From an uncultured Planctomycetales bacterium (GTDB lineage: Bacteria > Omnitrophota > Gorgyraeia > Zapsychrales > JANLHA01), in assembly GCA_964595465.1 (NCBI GenBank), contig CAZQQI010000011.1:8301-72300 (forward strand): a DNA stretch of 64,000 bases, read 5' to 3'. The position numbers were made by a program, and so were the translations under genes. The notes beneath the pieces were generated by a model. It ran no database searches. It was given only the letters and a program-made list of their open reading frames with translations, and had not been told where the DNA came from. Within the stretch, counting starts at the first letter, position 1. Every line of letters begins with the position of its first letter. This document shows, piece after piece, positions 9,694-20,488 of the stretch.

Positions 9694-10644
9694 CTAAAAT
9701 TCAAACTTGCGTTCCACGCCGATCATGTCTGTGTCATCACCGGAAGGATTTTTCCGCCGCAGATATTTCAATTCTGCCGTTCCTCCGCGCTCTCCAAAAC
9801 GGACTTTTTTAAAAGTCCATTCACTGCTGTCGCTGTCTTCGGAGATCAGCGGCTCTTTATTCAAAGCAGCAAGCTGGGATCCGATCTTTTCCCATTCGGA
9901 AAAGTCCAGCACGCCGGAAAGACGAAAAACAAACCCGTCGCTCTGCGCGATCACAGATTCCGCGAAACGCAAAACCGGCCAAACACCGACGGCTTTAATA
10001 TCCATAAAGCTGTATTCCAAATTCCCGAGCCGTCCGCCCGTGGAACGGGCGAAACCGTCAACCTGAATATGATCCGGACTGCCCTGCAGACGGCATTCTC
10101 CGCTCACAGCACCTTCGGCCATAACCAAACGCTTCTGTTCGATCAGGTCGGCAACATCGATCAAAGCAAGATCATCCCAACGAAGATGAAGATCCAGACT
10201 ATACGGCCTGGTCAACGCAATTGACCCCTGCGCGGAAAACGGCGGCAGGGTCAAACGCTCGATCTCCAGACGTCCAGCTGTTAGCCGCATCGTGGCGCGC
10301 AGATCATCAACCGGTTTGCGGTTGAGCAAAGAATACCGCCCCGTTAAAACAGCCTGCAGCCCGGAACGGTTTTCCAAAAACGAAATATCGGCATTCAGCC
10401 GGGTCGAAAATTCCGCTATCCCGGTACGCCATTGATCAATATCGATCACGGCTTCAACTTTACCGGACTCAGCCCGACGAACCTCGTATTCAAACGGGCC
10501 CTGTTCATCGAAAGACCAGACACCTTCTGCCGTGCTGGTATCTGCGTTGTATCGTCCCGCAACATGAAACACATACGCTTCAGACGCAAACACCGGCGCC
10601 GCTGCAGCCCATACCGCAATCATGACCACTATCCGGAGGATCAT
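9694..10644 (-). CDS. Exported beta-rich hypothetical protein (possibly AsmA/TamB-like)
   Basis: Signal peptide (AAAPVFA), alternating beta-strand pattern, C-terminal Phe. Confidence 0.6.
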   Translation of the reverse strand: MILRIVVMIAVWAAAAPVFASEAYVFHVAGRYNADTSTAEGVWSFDEQGPFEYEVRRAESGKVEAVIDIDQWRTGIAEFSTRLNADISFLENRSGLQAVLTGRYSLLNRKPVDDLRATMRLTAGRLEIERLTLPPFSAQGSIALTRPYSLDLHLRWDDLALIDVADLIEQKRLVMAEGAVSGECRLQGSPDHIQVDGFARSTGGRLGNLEYSFMDIKAVGVWPVLRFAESVIAQSDGFVFRLSGVLDFSEWEKIGSQLAALNKEPLISEDSDSSEWTFKKVRFGERGGTAELKYLRRKNPSGDDTDMIGVERKFEF

Positions 10645-10707
10645 AGTGCCCTCTTAAAGGAGATGATCCGCCGGATCAATTTTCAGCGGACCATTTCCTG
10701 TTCGCGT

Positions 10708-13128
10708 TTATTTGAACGTCAAGCCGTCACCTGAACGCACAACTTCGATCTTCGAACCCGGAGGATGTTTTCCGGCGATGATCTCCTCGGCCAGAAGATC
10801 CTCGACGTGGCGCTGAATGGTCCTCTTCAGAGGACGCGCCCCGTAAACCGGATCAAACCCTTTATCGATCAGAAAATCCAGAGCCTCGGACGTCAGCTCG
10901 ACATCGATCTCTTTTTCCTTGAGCCGTTTGATCACACCGCGCACCTCGATCTTAACGATCTTTTCCAGGTCTTCCCGGGTCAATGACTTAAACACAATAA
11001 TGTCATCAATACGGTTCAGGAATTCCGGTTTGAAAACCTTTTTCACCTCTTCCAGCAAACGTCCGCGCATATCGGCGTAAGACGTGTCCTCAGTCTGGGC
11101 CGCGAATCCCAGCGAACCCCGTTTACGCAGCATTTCCGCGCCCACATTCGACGTCATCAAAATGATGGTATTGCGGAAATCGACCTTGCGCCCCAGGCTG
11201 TCGGTCATGCGCCCGTCCTCCAGGGCCTGCAGAAGGATATTAAAGACATCCGGATGCGCTTTCTCGATCTCGTCGAGCAGGACCACGGAATACGGCTTAC
11301 GGCGCACCTTCTCGGTCAGCTGCCCGCCTTCTTCATACCCCACATATCCAGGCGGGGCACCGATCAGACGCGAGACATTATATTTATCCATATATTCCGA
11401 CATGTCGATCTGGATCAAGGCGTCTTCATCGCCGAACATGAATTCTGCCAGAACACGCGCCAGCAGGGTTTTCCCCACACCGGTCGGTCCCAGAAAAATA
11501 AAAGAACCGATCGGCCGGCGCGGATCTTTGATCCCCGCGCGGGACCGGCGGACCGCCCGGGCGATAGCGCTGATCGGCTCTTCCTGTCCGATCACCACCT
11601 CTTTCATCTTTTCTTCCATAGCAAGCAGACGTTCACTTTCTTTCTGCTCCAGACGGACCAGAGGAATCTTCGTCCATTGTGATACCACCTTGGCAATATC
11701 TTCTTCCCCGATGGTCACAGAAACTTCATCACGTTCCTTGGTCCAGGCGTCACGGACTTTATCCAATTCCTCGCGGGTTTCACGCTCCTCATCCCGCATC
11801 TTGGCCGCAGCCTCAAAATCCTGGCTTTTGATATGGGCTTCCTTTTCCTGCTTGAGAACTTCGATACGGTCCTCGAGGTCCTTGATTTCCGGCGGGATAC
11901 GCATCACGTTGATCCTTGCCCGGGACCCGGCCTCATCCAGAATATCAACAGCCTTATCCGGCAGGGCCCTCCCGGAAATATAACGCTCCGAAAGGCGGAC
12001 CGCTGCGCGGATCGCTTCGTCGGAAAATTTGACCCGATGGTGGGCCTCATATTTATCACGCAGCCCTTCCAGGATCTGCACGGCTTCCTCTTCCGACGGA
12101 GGCTCGACCATAATGGTCTGAAAGCGCCGTTCCAGTGCTGCGTCTTTTTCGATATTCTTGCGGTATTCGTCAAGCGTGGTGGCGCCGACACATTGAATCT
12201 CTCCCCGGGCTAACGCCGGTTTAAGAATATTAGCGGCGTCGATGGCTCCTTCCGCGGCCCCGGCACCGACCAGGGTATGGATCTCATCCACGAAGAGGAT
12301 GAGGTTGCCTGATCGTTTGATCTCCTCCATGATGGCCTTGATCCGTTCTTCGAACTGACCGCGGTATTTTGTCCCGGCGATCATCAGCGCCAGGTCCAGG
12401 ACCACAATATTTTTGTCCCGCAGAATTTCCGGGACATCACCATGGATGATCTGCTGAGCGAGACCTTCAACAATAGCCGTTTTTCCGACACCGGCCTCCC
12501 CGAGAAGAACAGGATTGTTCTTGGTGCGGCGGCTGAGGATCTGCACAATACGTTCGATCTCTTCTTCGCGGCCGATCACCGGGTCCAGTTTGTTCTCTTT
12601 CGCTAATTTGTTGAGGTTACGCCCGTAGGCGTCGATCGCCGGGGTCTTCCCGCTGCTTTTTTCCTGCTCCTGCATATTAAAACCGGCCACACCGGATCCC
12701 AAAATCTCCATGATCTCCATGCGCAGACGGTCCAGATCCACTCCCAGGTTCAGCAGGACCCGGTAGGCCATGCCTTCGCCCTCGCGGACCAGGCCGAGCA
12801 AAAGATGTTCTGTGCCGATATAATTATGTCCGAGAGCGCGGGCCTCCTCGGCAGATAATTCCAGCGCCTTCTTTGAGCGCGGAGTAAACGGGATATCTCC
12901 CAGGACCTGGGTCTGCGGACCCGGCTGGACCAATTTTTCGATCTCGATACGGATCGTTTCCAGATCAACACCCATTTTCTGTAAAACCGCGGCGGCGACC
13001 CCTTCTCCCTCTTTCACCAGTCCCAAAAGAAGGTGTTCCGTCCCGATATAATCATGATTGAAGTGCTTAGCCTCTTCTTTGGCCAGCACGATCACCTTGC
13101 GTGCACGTTCCGTGAATCTATTAAACAT
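10708..13128 (-). CDS. clpC: ATP-dependent Clp protease ATP-binding subunit ClpC
   Basis: Two Clp N repeats, two AAA modules ([16 protein letters not shown]), UVR coiled coil, LGF loop. Confidence 0.97.
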   Translation of the reverse strand: MFNRFTERARKVIVLAKEEAKHFNHDYIGTEHLLLGLVKEGEGVAAAVLQKMGVDLETIRIEIEKLVQPGPQTQVLGDIPFTPRSKKALELSAEEARALGHNYIGTEHLLLGLVREGEGMAYRVLLNLGVDLDRLRMEIMEILGSGVAGFNMQEQEKSSGKTPAIDAYGRNLNKLAKENKLDPVIGREEEIERIVQILSRRTKNNPVLLGEAGVGKTAIVEGLAQQIIHGDVPEILRDKNIVVLDLALMIAGTKYRGQFEERIKAIMEEIKRSGNLILFVDEIHTLVGAGAAEGAIDAANILKPALARGEIQCVGATTLDEYRKNIEKDAALERRFQTIMVEPPSEEEAVQILEGLRDKYEAHHRVKFSDEAIRAAVRLSERYISGRALPDKAVDILDEAGSRARINVMRIPPEIKDLEDRIEVLKQEKEAHIKSQDFEAAAKMRDEERETREELDKVRDAWTKERDEVSVTIGEEDIAKVVSQWTKIPLVRLEQKESERLLAMEEKMKEVVIGQEEPISAIARAVRRSRAGIKDPRRPIGSFIFLGPTGVGKTLLARVLAEFMFGDEDALIQIDMSEYMDKYNVSRLIGAPPGYVGYEEGGQLTEKVRRKPYSVVLLDEIEKAHPDVFNILLQALEDGRMTDSLGRKVDFRNTIILMTSNVGAEMLRKRGSLGFAAQTEDTSYADMRGRLLEEVKKVFKPEFLNRIDDIIVFKSLTREDLEKIVKIEVRGVIKRLKEKEIDVELTSEALDFLIDKGFDPVYGARPLKRTIQRHVEDLLAEEIIAGKHPPGSKIEVVRSGDGLTFK

Positions 13129-14182
13129 TATTTTTCCCTCCTAATTTTAAGCGGATAAGATTAGCACGTTTAATATCGCGGGCGGACGCCGAAAGACGTC
13201 CTCCGGCGATCTTCTGCAGATGCGCCGGCTGAATTGCGATAAAAAGCTCATTTAAAACCTTCTGACCAACATTCTTCACGATACCCAGGTCCACACCCAG
13301 ACGGACCATGGACAGCAATTCCAGTGTCTCCTGACTGGATATGATCCGGGCATTGTGCAATACCCCCAGAGAACGGAAGATCTTATCCTCCAGCATGGGT
13401 TTATTCTGAACGACCAGGGCCTGACGGGCCTGCTCCTCTTGTTCAATGACCTGTATGATCAGACCATTGATATTCTGTAAAATATCATCCTCGCTATGTC
13501 CCATGGAAACCTGATTCGAGATCTGGTAAAAATTCCCGAAGGCATCGGTGCCTTCCCCGTAAAATCCCCGGGCAGCAAAATTCAGTTTCGCAATCGCATT
13601 CAGGACCTTATTGATCTGCTTGGTCATGGCCAGCGCCGGCAGGTGCAGCATAACCGATCCCCGCATGGCTGTTCCGGTATTGGTCGGACAGGCTGTCAGA
13701 TATCCCCAGCGGGGAGAAAAGGCAAAAGCCAGTTTCTCCGCCAGACGGTCATCAATCGCATTAATAACGCCCCAGGCCTCAAAGAGGTTCAGGCCTGAAT
13801 TGAGAACCTGCACCCGCAAATGATCTTCTTCATTGATCATAACCGAGAGGATCTCTTCCTGCGACACGATCAAAGATTTAGATTCCCCCTCGGCCGCGTG
13901 TTCATGGCTCATGAGATGACGCTCGACCAAAAATTCTTTATCCACATTATCCATTTCGGTCATAGGGAATACCGTGGCATTCTTAAAGTAATCGACCTCT
14001 TTAACGGCCTCTTCAACAGACACCATGACCGCCTGCAGCTGCTTTTTGGTCGCCCGGTTGGTAAACGGCATTTTGGCCAGATTACGGGCCAGGCGGACAC
14101 GCGTCGAAAGCACAATATCGGAATGCGGGCCCGACCCCTTCAGCCATTCCCCGCTCTGAGTGATCAGATCGTCAAGATTCAT
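13121..14182 (-). CDS. mcsB: Protein arginine kinase McsB
   Basis: [25 protein letters not shown]; start adjusted to ATG 14182. Confidence 0.95.
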   Translation of the reverse strand: MNLDDLITQSGEWLKGSGPHSDIVLSTRVRLARNLAKMPFTNRATKKQLQAVMVSVEEAVKEVDYFKNATVFPMTEMDNVDKEFLVERHLMSHEHAAEGESKSLIVSQEEILSVMINEEDHLRVQVLNSGLNLFEAWGVINAIDDRLAEKLAFAFSPRWGYLTACPTNTGTAMRGSVMLHLPALAMTKQINKVLNAIAKLNFAARGFYGEGTDAFGNFYQISNQVSMGHSEDDILQNINGLIIQVIEQEEQARQALVVQNKPMLEDKIFRSLGVLHNARIISSQETLELLSMVRLGVDLGIVKNVGQKVLNELFIAIQPAHLQKIAGGRLSASARDIKRANLIRLKLGGKNNV

Positions 14183-14690
14183 GATTTTTCTCCCGCTGTT
14201 CCAGGTCTTTGAGCTTGTCCCGCAGGATTGCCGCCTGCTCATAATCTTCACGGACCACCGCCTGTTTCAGCTGTTTGCGCAGGTCTTTCAGATCATCGCC
14301 ATTCTGCTTGACGGACTGCACGTAGCGGCGGGGCCGCTTACCGGCATGACGGTTAGATCCGTGGATCTTTTTCAGCAAAGTGGTCAGCTGATCCCGAAAC
14401 GACTCATAGCATTCACTGCAACCCAGACGCCCGTATTTGCGGAAATCTTCATAGGACATCGAACAATGTTCACAGGCGGCCGTTTTTTGAGGCTCCTCTT
14501 TTTCTTTCGCCGGAGACTGATTGAAATCCGACAGCCCGGCGAGAAGATCGGCCAGACCGAACTGCTGTTCCATCTGCAGACTTTTCTCCTTAGCACACCC
14601 CTCACAAATATGCAGTTCGGTCACCTTCCCATCGATCAATTCTGTCAGATGGACCGTTGCTTTTTTCTGCTTACACACTTCGCATTTCAT
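14172..14690 (-). CDS. mcsA: McsA (CXXC / UVR domain) activator
   Basis: Four CXXC motifs, GRLGCSECY, UVR domain EDYEQAAILRD. Confidence 0.93.
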   Translation of the reverse strand: MKCEVCKQKKATVHLTELIDGKVTELHICEGCAKEKSLQMEQQFGLADLLAGLSDFNQSPAKEKEEPQKTAACEHCSMSYEDFRKYGRLGCSECYESFRDQLTTLLKKIHGSNRHAGKRPRRYVQSVKQNGDDLKDLRKQLKQAVVREDYEQAAILRDKLKDLEQREKNHES

Positions 14691-14710
14691 ATCTTTCTCC
14701 CCAAGTTGAA

Positions 14711-14802
14711 GTCACAAGGTCACACGTCGCCAGTCACAAGAAAAACGTAAAACGGGAAAAGTGAAACGTAAAACCCAACAAACTCTCAACCCAACACACT
14801 CA
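14711..14802 (-). repeat. Modular 9-mer/7-mer repeat family, compact copy 1
   Basis: Reverse complement of 14733-14794 matches 46076-46137 at 60/62 nt. Confidence 0.85.
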
Positions 14803-14836
14803 TATCCGCTCCACGTCTCCCGTTCACCGTTGAACG

Positions 14837-15700
14837 TCAATACCGCACCCCGTCGGTCGAGGTTATGCCGTGAAAGGCCTCCAGCAGACTCATCGTCACC
14901 GGCCCCGGAGTTCCGCCCCCGATGCTGCGGCCGTCCACGGTCACCACCGGGATCAGTTCGGCCGCTGTCCCGGTCAGAAAACATTCATCCGCGTTATAGA
15001 TCTCGTGACGGGTGATCCAGGTCTCCTCCACCGTTCTGCCGTCATCGCGGGCCAGCGCCATAACCGCGTCGCGGGTAATGCCCCGCAGGCGCCCGGAAAT
15101 GGGAGTATAAACAATACCGTTTTTCACAGTAAAAATATTATCGCCGGTACACTCGGCCACATAACCGCTGGCATCCAGCATGATCGCTTCATTAAAACCG
15201 GCATTTCCAGCCTCGATCTTGGCCATAATATTATTAAGATAATTCAGGGATTTCAGCTGGGGATTTAAGGCTTCCGGAATATTGCGCATGGTCGGCGCGG
15301 TCATGATCGCCATGCCTTTTTCGTACAGTTCTTTCGGATACAGCGTGATCGTGTCGGCGATGATAATGACCGCGGGCTTGCCGAAACATTTTTTCGGATC
15401 GAGGCCCAGATCACCTTCTCCGCGGGTCACGATCAGGCGGATATAACCGTCGTCGATGCCGTTCTCTTTTAATGTCGCCACAACCGCTTCGGCCATCTCC
15501 TCTTTGCTCATGGGAATGTCGATCATCAGCGTGTGCGCGGTTTCATATAAACGGTCGATGTGCTGATTCAGCCGGAAGACACAACGTTTGTAGGAACGGA
15601 TCCCTTCAAACCCTCCGTCACCGTATAAAAATCCGTGGTCAAAGATTGAAATTTTGGCGTCAGCCTTGTCCACAAATTCGCCGTTCATATAAATTTTCAT
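14837..15700 (-). CDS. ilvE: Branched-chain amino acid aminotransferase
   Basis: DHGFLYGDG.FEGIR, KSLNYLNN, ECTGDNIF, GITR, FLTGTAAE. Confidence 0.94.
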   Translation of the reverse strand: MKIYMNGEFVDKADAKISIFDHGFLYGDGGFEGIRSYKRCVFRLNQHIDRLYETAHTLMIDIPMSKEEMAEAVVATLKENGIDDGYIRLIVTRGEGDLGLDPKKCFGKPAVIIIADTITLYPKELYEKGMAIMTAPTMRNIPEALNPQLKSLNYLNNIMAKIEAGNAGFNEAIMLDASGYVAECTGDNIFTVKNGIVYTPISGRLRGITRDAVMALARDDGRTVEETWITRHEIYNADECFLTGTAAELIPVVTVDGRSIGGGTPGPVTMSLLEAFHGITSTDGVRY

Positions 15701-15707
15701 ATACCCC

Positions 15708-16412
15708 TCACTTTGTTTGATTAGCAGACGATATGTTCTTTATATTGCCGTCGACCAGGTGCACGGTACGCTCAGCGTACGGAGCCAGCCGGTCATCATG
15801 GGTCACGATCATCAAAGTCTGTCCGTTATCCCTGTTCAGGTCAAGCAGCAGCCTGATCACATCCTGTCCGCTGGCCGTATCCAGATTCCCGGTCGGCTCA
15901 TCGCAAAACAGGATATCCGGCTCATTCATGATCGCGCGGGCTACGGCCACTCTCTGCTGTTCACCGCCGCTCAGCTCGTTGGGCTTATGTGTGATCCGGT
16001 GCGCGAGCCCGACGCGCTCCAGCAGATCACGCGCGCGGGAACGGACTTTATCCATATCCCTGTTGATGGGATTCATCATGGCCGGCAGCATAACATTCTC
16101 CAGCGCGCTGAACTCGGGCAGAAGATGGTAAAACTGAAACACAAATCCGAAGTTCTCATTACGCATACGCGAACGCGTTCTGTCGTTCAAGCGGTAAACA
16201 TCCTTTCCGCCGTATTCCACAATGCCGCGGGTGGGCCGGTCCAGGCCTCCCAGAACATGCAGGAGAGTCGATTTTCCAGCTCCGGACGGTCCGATGACCA
16301 CCAGCACCTCTCCTTGGTTGACCTCCAGGTCCAGCCCTTTAAGAACATGAACTTCGTTATCCGGGTTCACCGGATGACGGTAAATTTTATGAATATCCCG
16401 AACCTGAAGCAT
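15708..16412 (-). CDS. lolD: Lipoprotein-releasing ABC transporter ATPase
   Basis: GPSGAGKST, GFVFQFYHLL, LSGGEQQRV, DEPTGNLD; next to lolC/E homolog. Confidence 0.88.
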   Translation of the reverse strand: MLQVRDIHKIYRHPVNPDNEVHVLKGLDLEVNQGEVLVVIGPSGAGKSTLLHVLGGLDRPTRGIVEYGGKDVYRLNDRTRSRMRNENFGFVFQFYHLLPEFSALENVMLPAMMNPINRDMDKVRSRARDLLERVGLAHRITHKPNELSGGEQQRVAVARAIMNEPDILFCDEPTGNLDTASGQDVIRLLLDLNRDNGQTLMIVTHDDRLAPYAERTVHLVDGNIKNISSANQTK

Positions 16413-16426
16413 GCTGTCCTTTCGCG

Positions 16427-17632
16427 TTATTCGTATCGCAGGGCGTCAACGGTATTTAAATGAGACGCTTTGTAGGCCGGATAGATCGTAGCCAAAAACG
16501 TGATCACCATGGCCGCCGCGACGATGATCAGCATGTCCGACAGCTGAAGCTCAACCGGAACATACTCAATGGAATAAATTTCTGCGGGCACACGGACATA
16601 ATTTGCCAGAATATAACTGATCCCGACCCCGGCGGCCGCTCCCAGAGTTGTTCCGGCGGTACCGATCAGAATACCCTGCTGAGTAAAAATGCGCCGGATC
16701 ATCCCGCGGGTGGCTCCGACCGACCTCAGGATACCGATATCATGTATCTTGGACGTGACGGTCACGATCAAGGTGCTGATAATATTGAACGACGCCACCA
16801 TGACCATGAAAGCCAGAATAATAAACAGGCCCCATTTTTCCAAGAACAACGCCTCGAACAGGTTGCGGTTCATATCGATCCAGGTCTTAATGAGATAAGC
16901 ATAACCCAATTCTTCATACAGACGTTCCTGAACCTTTTCGGCCTGGTACGGGTCTTTCAGCTTCACTCCCAGCCCACTGACCGTATCGCCCGTTAGATCG
17001 AAGATCTGCTGGGCCTTAGCCAGAGGAACCAAAAGCAGATTCATATCCAGGTCCACCATCCCGCTTTTAAAGATCCCCACAATGGTCAGCCGGTAACGCC
17101 AGCCGCGGCCTTCAATGCCGGAACCGGGAGAGATCACAGTGATCTCATCCCCTATCCCAAAACCGAAATACCGGGCCAGTTCACTGCCGATCATGACCGT
17201 GTCCCCTTTCAGGTCTGCCAAACGGCCTTTCTGAAGGTACTGCTCGATCTTGGTCACGCTGGCCTCTGTGCCGGGATTCACCCCGCGGATCATCTGCCCC
17301 AGGGCCTTGCCGGAACGGCTTTCCAAAAATACATTTCCCTGTACATAGGGCGAGGCCCCCTGAACCCCGTCCACAGTAAGCAGCCGGTCACGCAGCCGGT
17401 CATAATCTGCGACACCGGTCTCTTTCTCGACGACCACATGCGGCGTTGTGCCGATAATCTTTTCCCGCAGGTTGTTGCCGAACCCGGTCATCACCCCGGT
17501 TACCACGATCAAGGCCATAACCCCGATCGCCACTCCGCCGATAGAAATGATGTTCAGGAACGAAAGAAACCGTCCCCGCTGAGCTGTCAAATAACGGTAA
17601 CTGATAAATCGTTCAATGTTCATAATCTTCAT
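16427..17632 (-). CDS. Lipoprotein-releasing ABC permease LolC/LolE family
   Basis: GVAIGVMALIVV..VMTGF, FtsX C-terminus, ATIYPA..DALRYE. Confidence 0.9.
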   Translation of the reverse strand: MKIMNIERFISYRYLTAQRGRFLSFLNIISIGGVAIGVMALIVVTGVMTGFGNNLREKIIGTTPHVVVEKETGVADYDRLRDRLLTVDGVQGASPYVQGNVFLESRSGKALGQMIRGVNPGTEASVTKIEQYLQKGRLADLKGDTVMIGSELARYFGFGIGDEITVISPGSGIEGRGWRYRLTIVGIFKSGMVDLDMNLLLVPLAKAQQIFDLTGDTVSGLGVKLKDPYQAEKVQERLYEELGYAYLIKTWIDMNRNLFEALFLEKWGLFIILAFMVMVASFNIISTLIVTVTSKIHDIGILRSVGATRGMIRRIFTQQGILIGTAGTTLGAAAGVGISYILANYVRVPAEIYSIEYVPVELQLSDMLIIVAAAMVITFLATIYPAYKASHLNTVDALRYE

Positions 17633-17649
17633 CAGCAGGCCGGTACGGG

Positions 17650-19140
17650 TTATGCTCCAACATCTTCCTCAGCACCGTCCGTCTGCACTTTCTCCTCATC
17701 CACCGGTTTAAGTAAGGGGAACAGAATGACATCACGGATCGTCGCGCTGTCGGTCAGAAGCATGACCAGACGGTCAATGCCGATCCCCAGCCCGCCGGCC
17801 GGCGGCATGCCGTATTCCAGAGCTTTAATATAGTCCTGATCAAAGGTGCGCGAACCGGTCTCAACATCATCCTGCAGGTCTTCCAGAAAGCGTTCCTGCT
17901 GTTCACGGGGATCGTTCAGCTCGGTGTAGGCATTGCCGATCTCCATCCCGGCAACAAAACATTCAAAGCGTTCGGAGATCGCCGGCTGGTCTTTTTTGAC
18001 CTTGGCCAGAGGACAGAGAAACGTGAAATAATCCGTAAAAAAGACCGGGTTCATGGTCTTATCTTCTTCCAGAACATCCTCGACGATCTTCATGACCGCC
18101 GACCGGGTCAGAACATCGACCTTGATCCGGCCGCCCTTGACCGCCTTGACCTTTTCCAGCATCATCTCGGCGCTGTCCTCAGGGTCGATATCGAAAAGTT
18201 TTTTCACCGTTCCTGCGAAACTGCGGCGCTCCCAGGGCGGAGTAAAATCGATCTCCTGTCCCTGGTAAGGGACTTTATAACTGCCGTAGAGGTTCTGGGC
18301 CAGCTGGCTGACCATGCCCTCCATAAGGTCCATCATGTCCTCGTAATCCCCGTAAGCCTGATAGGTCTCCAGCATGGTGAATTCAGGATTGTGGCGCGTG
18401 GAGACGCCTTCGTTACGAAAATTGCGGTTGATCTCATAGACGCGTTCCAGGCCGCCGACCAGCAGGCGCTTGAGATACAGTTCCGGAGCGATCCGCAAAA
18501 AAACATCCATCTCATAGGTATTGTGCCGGCTTTTAAACGGCCGCCCTCTGGCCCCTCCGGCCATGGGCTGAAGCATGGGCGTCTCCACCTCCAGAAAACT
18601 GCGCTCATCGAGATACTTGCGGATGTCGCTGATAATCCGGCTGCGTTTAATAAAGATATCCCGTACATCGGTATTCGCGATCAGATCGACGTACCGCTGA
18701 CGGTAACGGGTCTCAACATCTTTCAGGCCATGCCATTTTTCCGGCAGACACATCAATGACTTGGAAAGCAATCGGAGCTCTTTAACCCGGATGCTCTGCT
18801 CCCCCATCTTGGTCACAAACAGCTCTCCGCTGACCCCGATAATGTCTCCGATATCCAGGTGCGCCGCGATATCAAAAAGCTCTTCACCGATATTATCTTT
18901 ACGTATGAACAGCTGGATCTTGTCCGAAACATCCCGCAGATCCATAAAGATCACCTTCCCGTGTTTACGGCGAGCCATGATCCGCCCCGCGGCAGTCACA
19001 TCACGCCCCTCGGAAAACTCCGCCAGGATCTGCTTGGTAGGCATTATCCCTTCAAACCGGCGGCCGTAGGGCTCGACCCCCTTTTCAGCCAGCATATCGA
19101 GCTTTTCCTGTCTAACCTGTTTAATTTCATCAATTTCCAT
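17650..19140 (-). CDS. lysS: Lysine--tRNA ligase (class II)
   Basis: RYRQRYVDL, LRIAPELYLK, FRNEG..HNPEF, GLGIGIDRL. Confidence 0.98.
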   Translation of the reverse strand: MEIDEIKQVRQEKLDMLAEKGVEPYGRRFEGIMPTKQILAEFSEGRDVTAAGRIMARRKHGKVIFMDLRDVSDKIQLFIRKDNIGEELFDIAAHLDIGDIIGVSGELFVTKMGEQSIRVKELRLLSKSLMCLPEKWHGLKDVETRYRQRYVDLIANTDVRDIFIKRSRIISDIRKYLDERSFLEVETPMLQPMAGGARGRPFKSRHNTYEMDVFLRIAPELYLKRLLVGGLERVYEINRNFRNEGVSTRHNPEFTMLETYQAYGDYEDMMDLMEGMVSQLAQNLYGSYKVPYQGQEIDFTPPWERRSFAGTVKKLFDIDPEDSAEMMLEKVKAVKGGRIKVDVLTRSAVMKIVEDVLEEDKTMNPVFFTDYFTFLCPLAKVKKDQPAISERFECFVAGMEIGNAYTELNDPREQQERFLEDLQDDVETGSRTFDQDYIKALEYGMPPAGGLGIGIDRLVMLLTDSATIRDVILFPLLKPVDEEKVQTDGAEEDVGA

Positions 19141-19196
19141 ACATTTTTCCCATCTAAGTAGACTAATACTAATTATAATATGAAATAAGTCTCATG

Positions 19197-19225
19197 ATTA
19201 TATAGAAAATCACGGGGGGTGTCAA
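19197..19225 (-). promoter_or_regulatory. sigma70 promoter for lysS operon
   Basis: Perfect TTGACA-17 nt-TATAAT. Confidence 0.85.
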
Positions 19226-19287
19226 TGAAAAGCACAGCGGGATATCCGGGGAAGGCTGGATCGGCACACAGAAAAGAAAGATCAGAC

Positions 19288-19332
19288 AAAAAGGGCCGAA
19301 ACCTCTGAAAATAAAGCAGTTTCGACCCTTTT
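19288..19332. terminator. Probable intrinsic terminator
   Basis: AAAAGGGCCGAAAC...GTTTCGACCCTTTT hairpin just after the 19340 gene stop. Confidence 0.6.
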
Positions 19333-19339
19333 AAGCGTT

Positions 19340-19693
19340 TTACGATTTCTTTTTGGAGCGCTTGCTCGAAGTCTTTTTGGGCGAACTCTTAATGCGCTTC
19401 TTAAGACGGCGTTCCTCTTTTTTCAACTCATTGAGATCCTTGACCAGCTTTTCCAATTTCGGGGTTTTTTGAGCCGGATATTTAGCCCGGACGTATTCTT
19501 TCCCGATCTGATAATACAAGCGCTCCAATTTTAAATTGATCGTGGTCGAATCCAGCTGCAGCTTCCCCTTTTTGGAAAACTTAACCAGCTGCTCTTCGCC
19601 TTTTTTGGCCAAGTCCACCGCTTCCTTGCTCATGGTCATCAACTGCTTGCGGATCTTGGGCCACTCTTTCTGGAAATAGGAATCGTCTGCCAT
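19340..19693 (-). CDS. Lys-rich helical hypothetical protein
   Basis: ORF with AAAGGA SD; helical core and basic tail. Confidence 0.7.
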   Translation of the reverse strand: MADDSYFQKEWPKIRKQLMTMSKEAVDLAKKGEEQLVKFSKKGKLQLDSTTINLKLERLYYQIGKEYVRAKYPAQKTPKLEKLVKDLNELKKEERRLKKRIKSSPKKTSSKRSKKKS

Positions 19694-19749
19694 ATGCATC
19701 CTTTCTTTTTAATGGCTCTCTAAAATTTTGAGCGGATAGATCAAAAAAT

Positions 19750-19937
19750 AAGGCGATGCTTTCGCGCGCAGTTCCGCAGCCGAATGGCTATGAAGATGGT
19801 GAGGGACTCGTTCGCTCAAACAACCTCCCCGAACATTTTTATAGTGAATTGTTCGGCTCGGAACTCGCTCTGCGAGCCCCTCACCATCTTCTATAACGCC
19901 ATTCGGACTAAGACTGTTTGAACAAGAAAGCACAACC
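19750..19937 (-). repeat. ~180-bp nested-hairpin intergenic element, copy A
   Basis: Reverse complement of copies at 23.5, 47.0 and 54.3 kb; core 19780-19906; outer ends approximate. Confidence 0.9.
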
Positions 19938-20126
19938 TCGCCCTTCTTACCCGCTCATCTTTCCAAAGACCCTTTTTCATAACGGTCATCGCATATAATA
20001 GGTATTATAACAAAAACGCCGCTCTCAGTTCAATAATAAATGCGCCCTCTTCCCATAAAGAAAAAAATAACGTATACTATAAACAGTACATCAAAAAAGC
20101 TGCAATCCCTGTAGGACCTTATAGCC

Positions 20127-20465
20127 ATGAAATATATCCTTTTAATTTTTATAGCCATCGCCGCCATGATCGGGGCCAGCTCGCTCTATATGGACCTGAT
20201 CGGTCACGTCATGGGAGGTTCAGAGAAGACGATGAGTTCTCACAATAATCCGGAACACCGCATGCAGCTGCAGGAGCAGAAACGCCAACAGGAAGATATC
20301 CGCCGGCAAATGGACCGACTGAGGGAGGACCAGCGGCGGATGATGCGATCCCAGCGCGCGGAACAGGACCGGATCATGGGAAATCAGCGGCAGCAGCAGG
20401 AACGCCTGATGGAAGACAACCGTCGAAAAATGGAAGATCTGCGCCGTCAGACACAGCGATATTAG
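20127..20465 (+). CDS. Secreted or membrane-anchored Q/R/M-rich coiled-coil hypothetical protein
   Basis: N-terminal hydrophobic helix, AGGA SD, TATACT upstream. Confidence 0.7.
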   Translation: MKYILLIFIAIAAMIGASSLYMDLIGHVMGGSEKTMSSHNNPEHRMQLQEQKRQQEDIRRQMDRLREDQRRMMRSQRAEQDRIMGNQRQQQERLMEDNRRKMEDLRRQTQRY

Positions 20466-20488
20466 TCCCCCGCATCTTGCCCCGGCGA

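Noticed and set aside
14712-14984. ctsR upstream of mcsA
   Set aside because: The ORF overlaps ilvE and the repeat cassette and has no CtsR motifs.
19709-19933. Short ORFs over hairpin copies (19709-19933, 23444-23716, 47159-47395)
   Set aside because: Reading frames are not conserved between copies; substitutions preserve pairing rather than codons.
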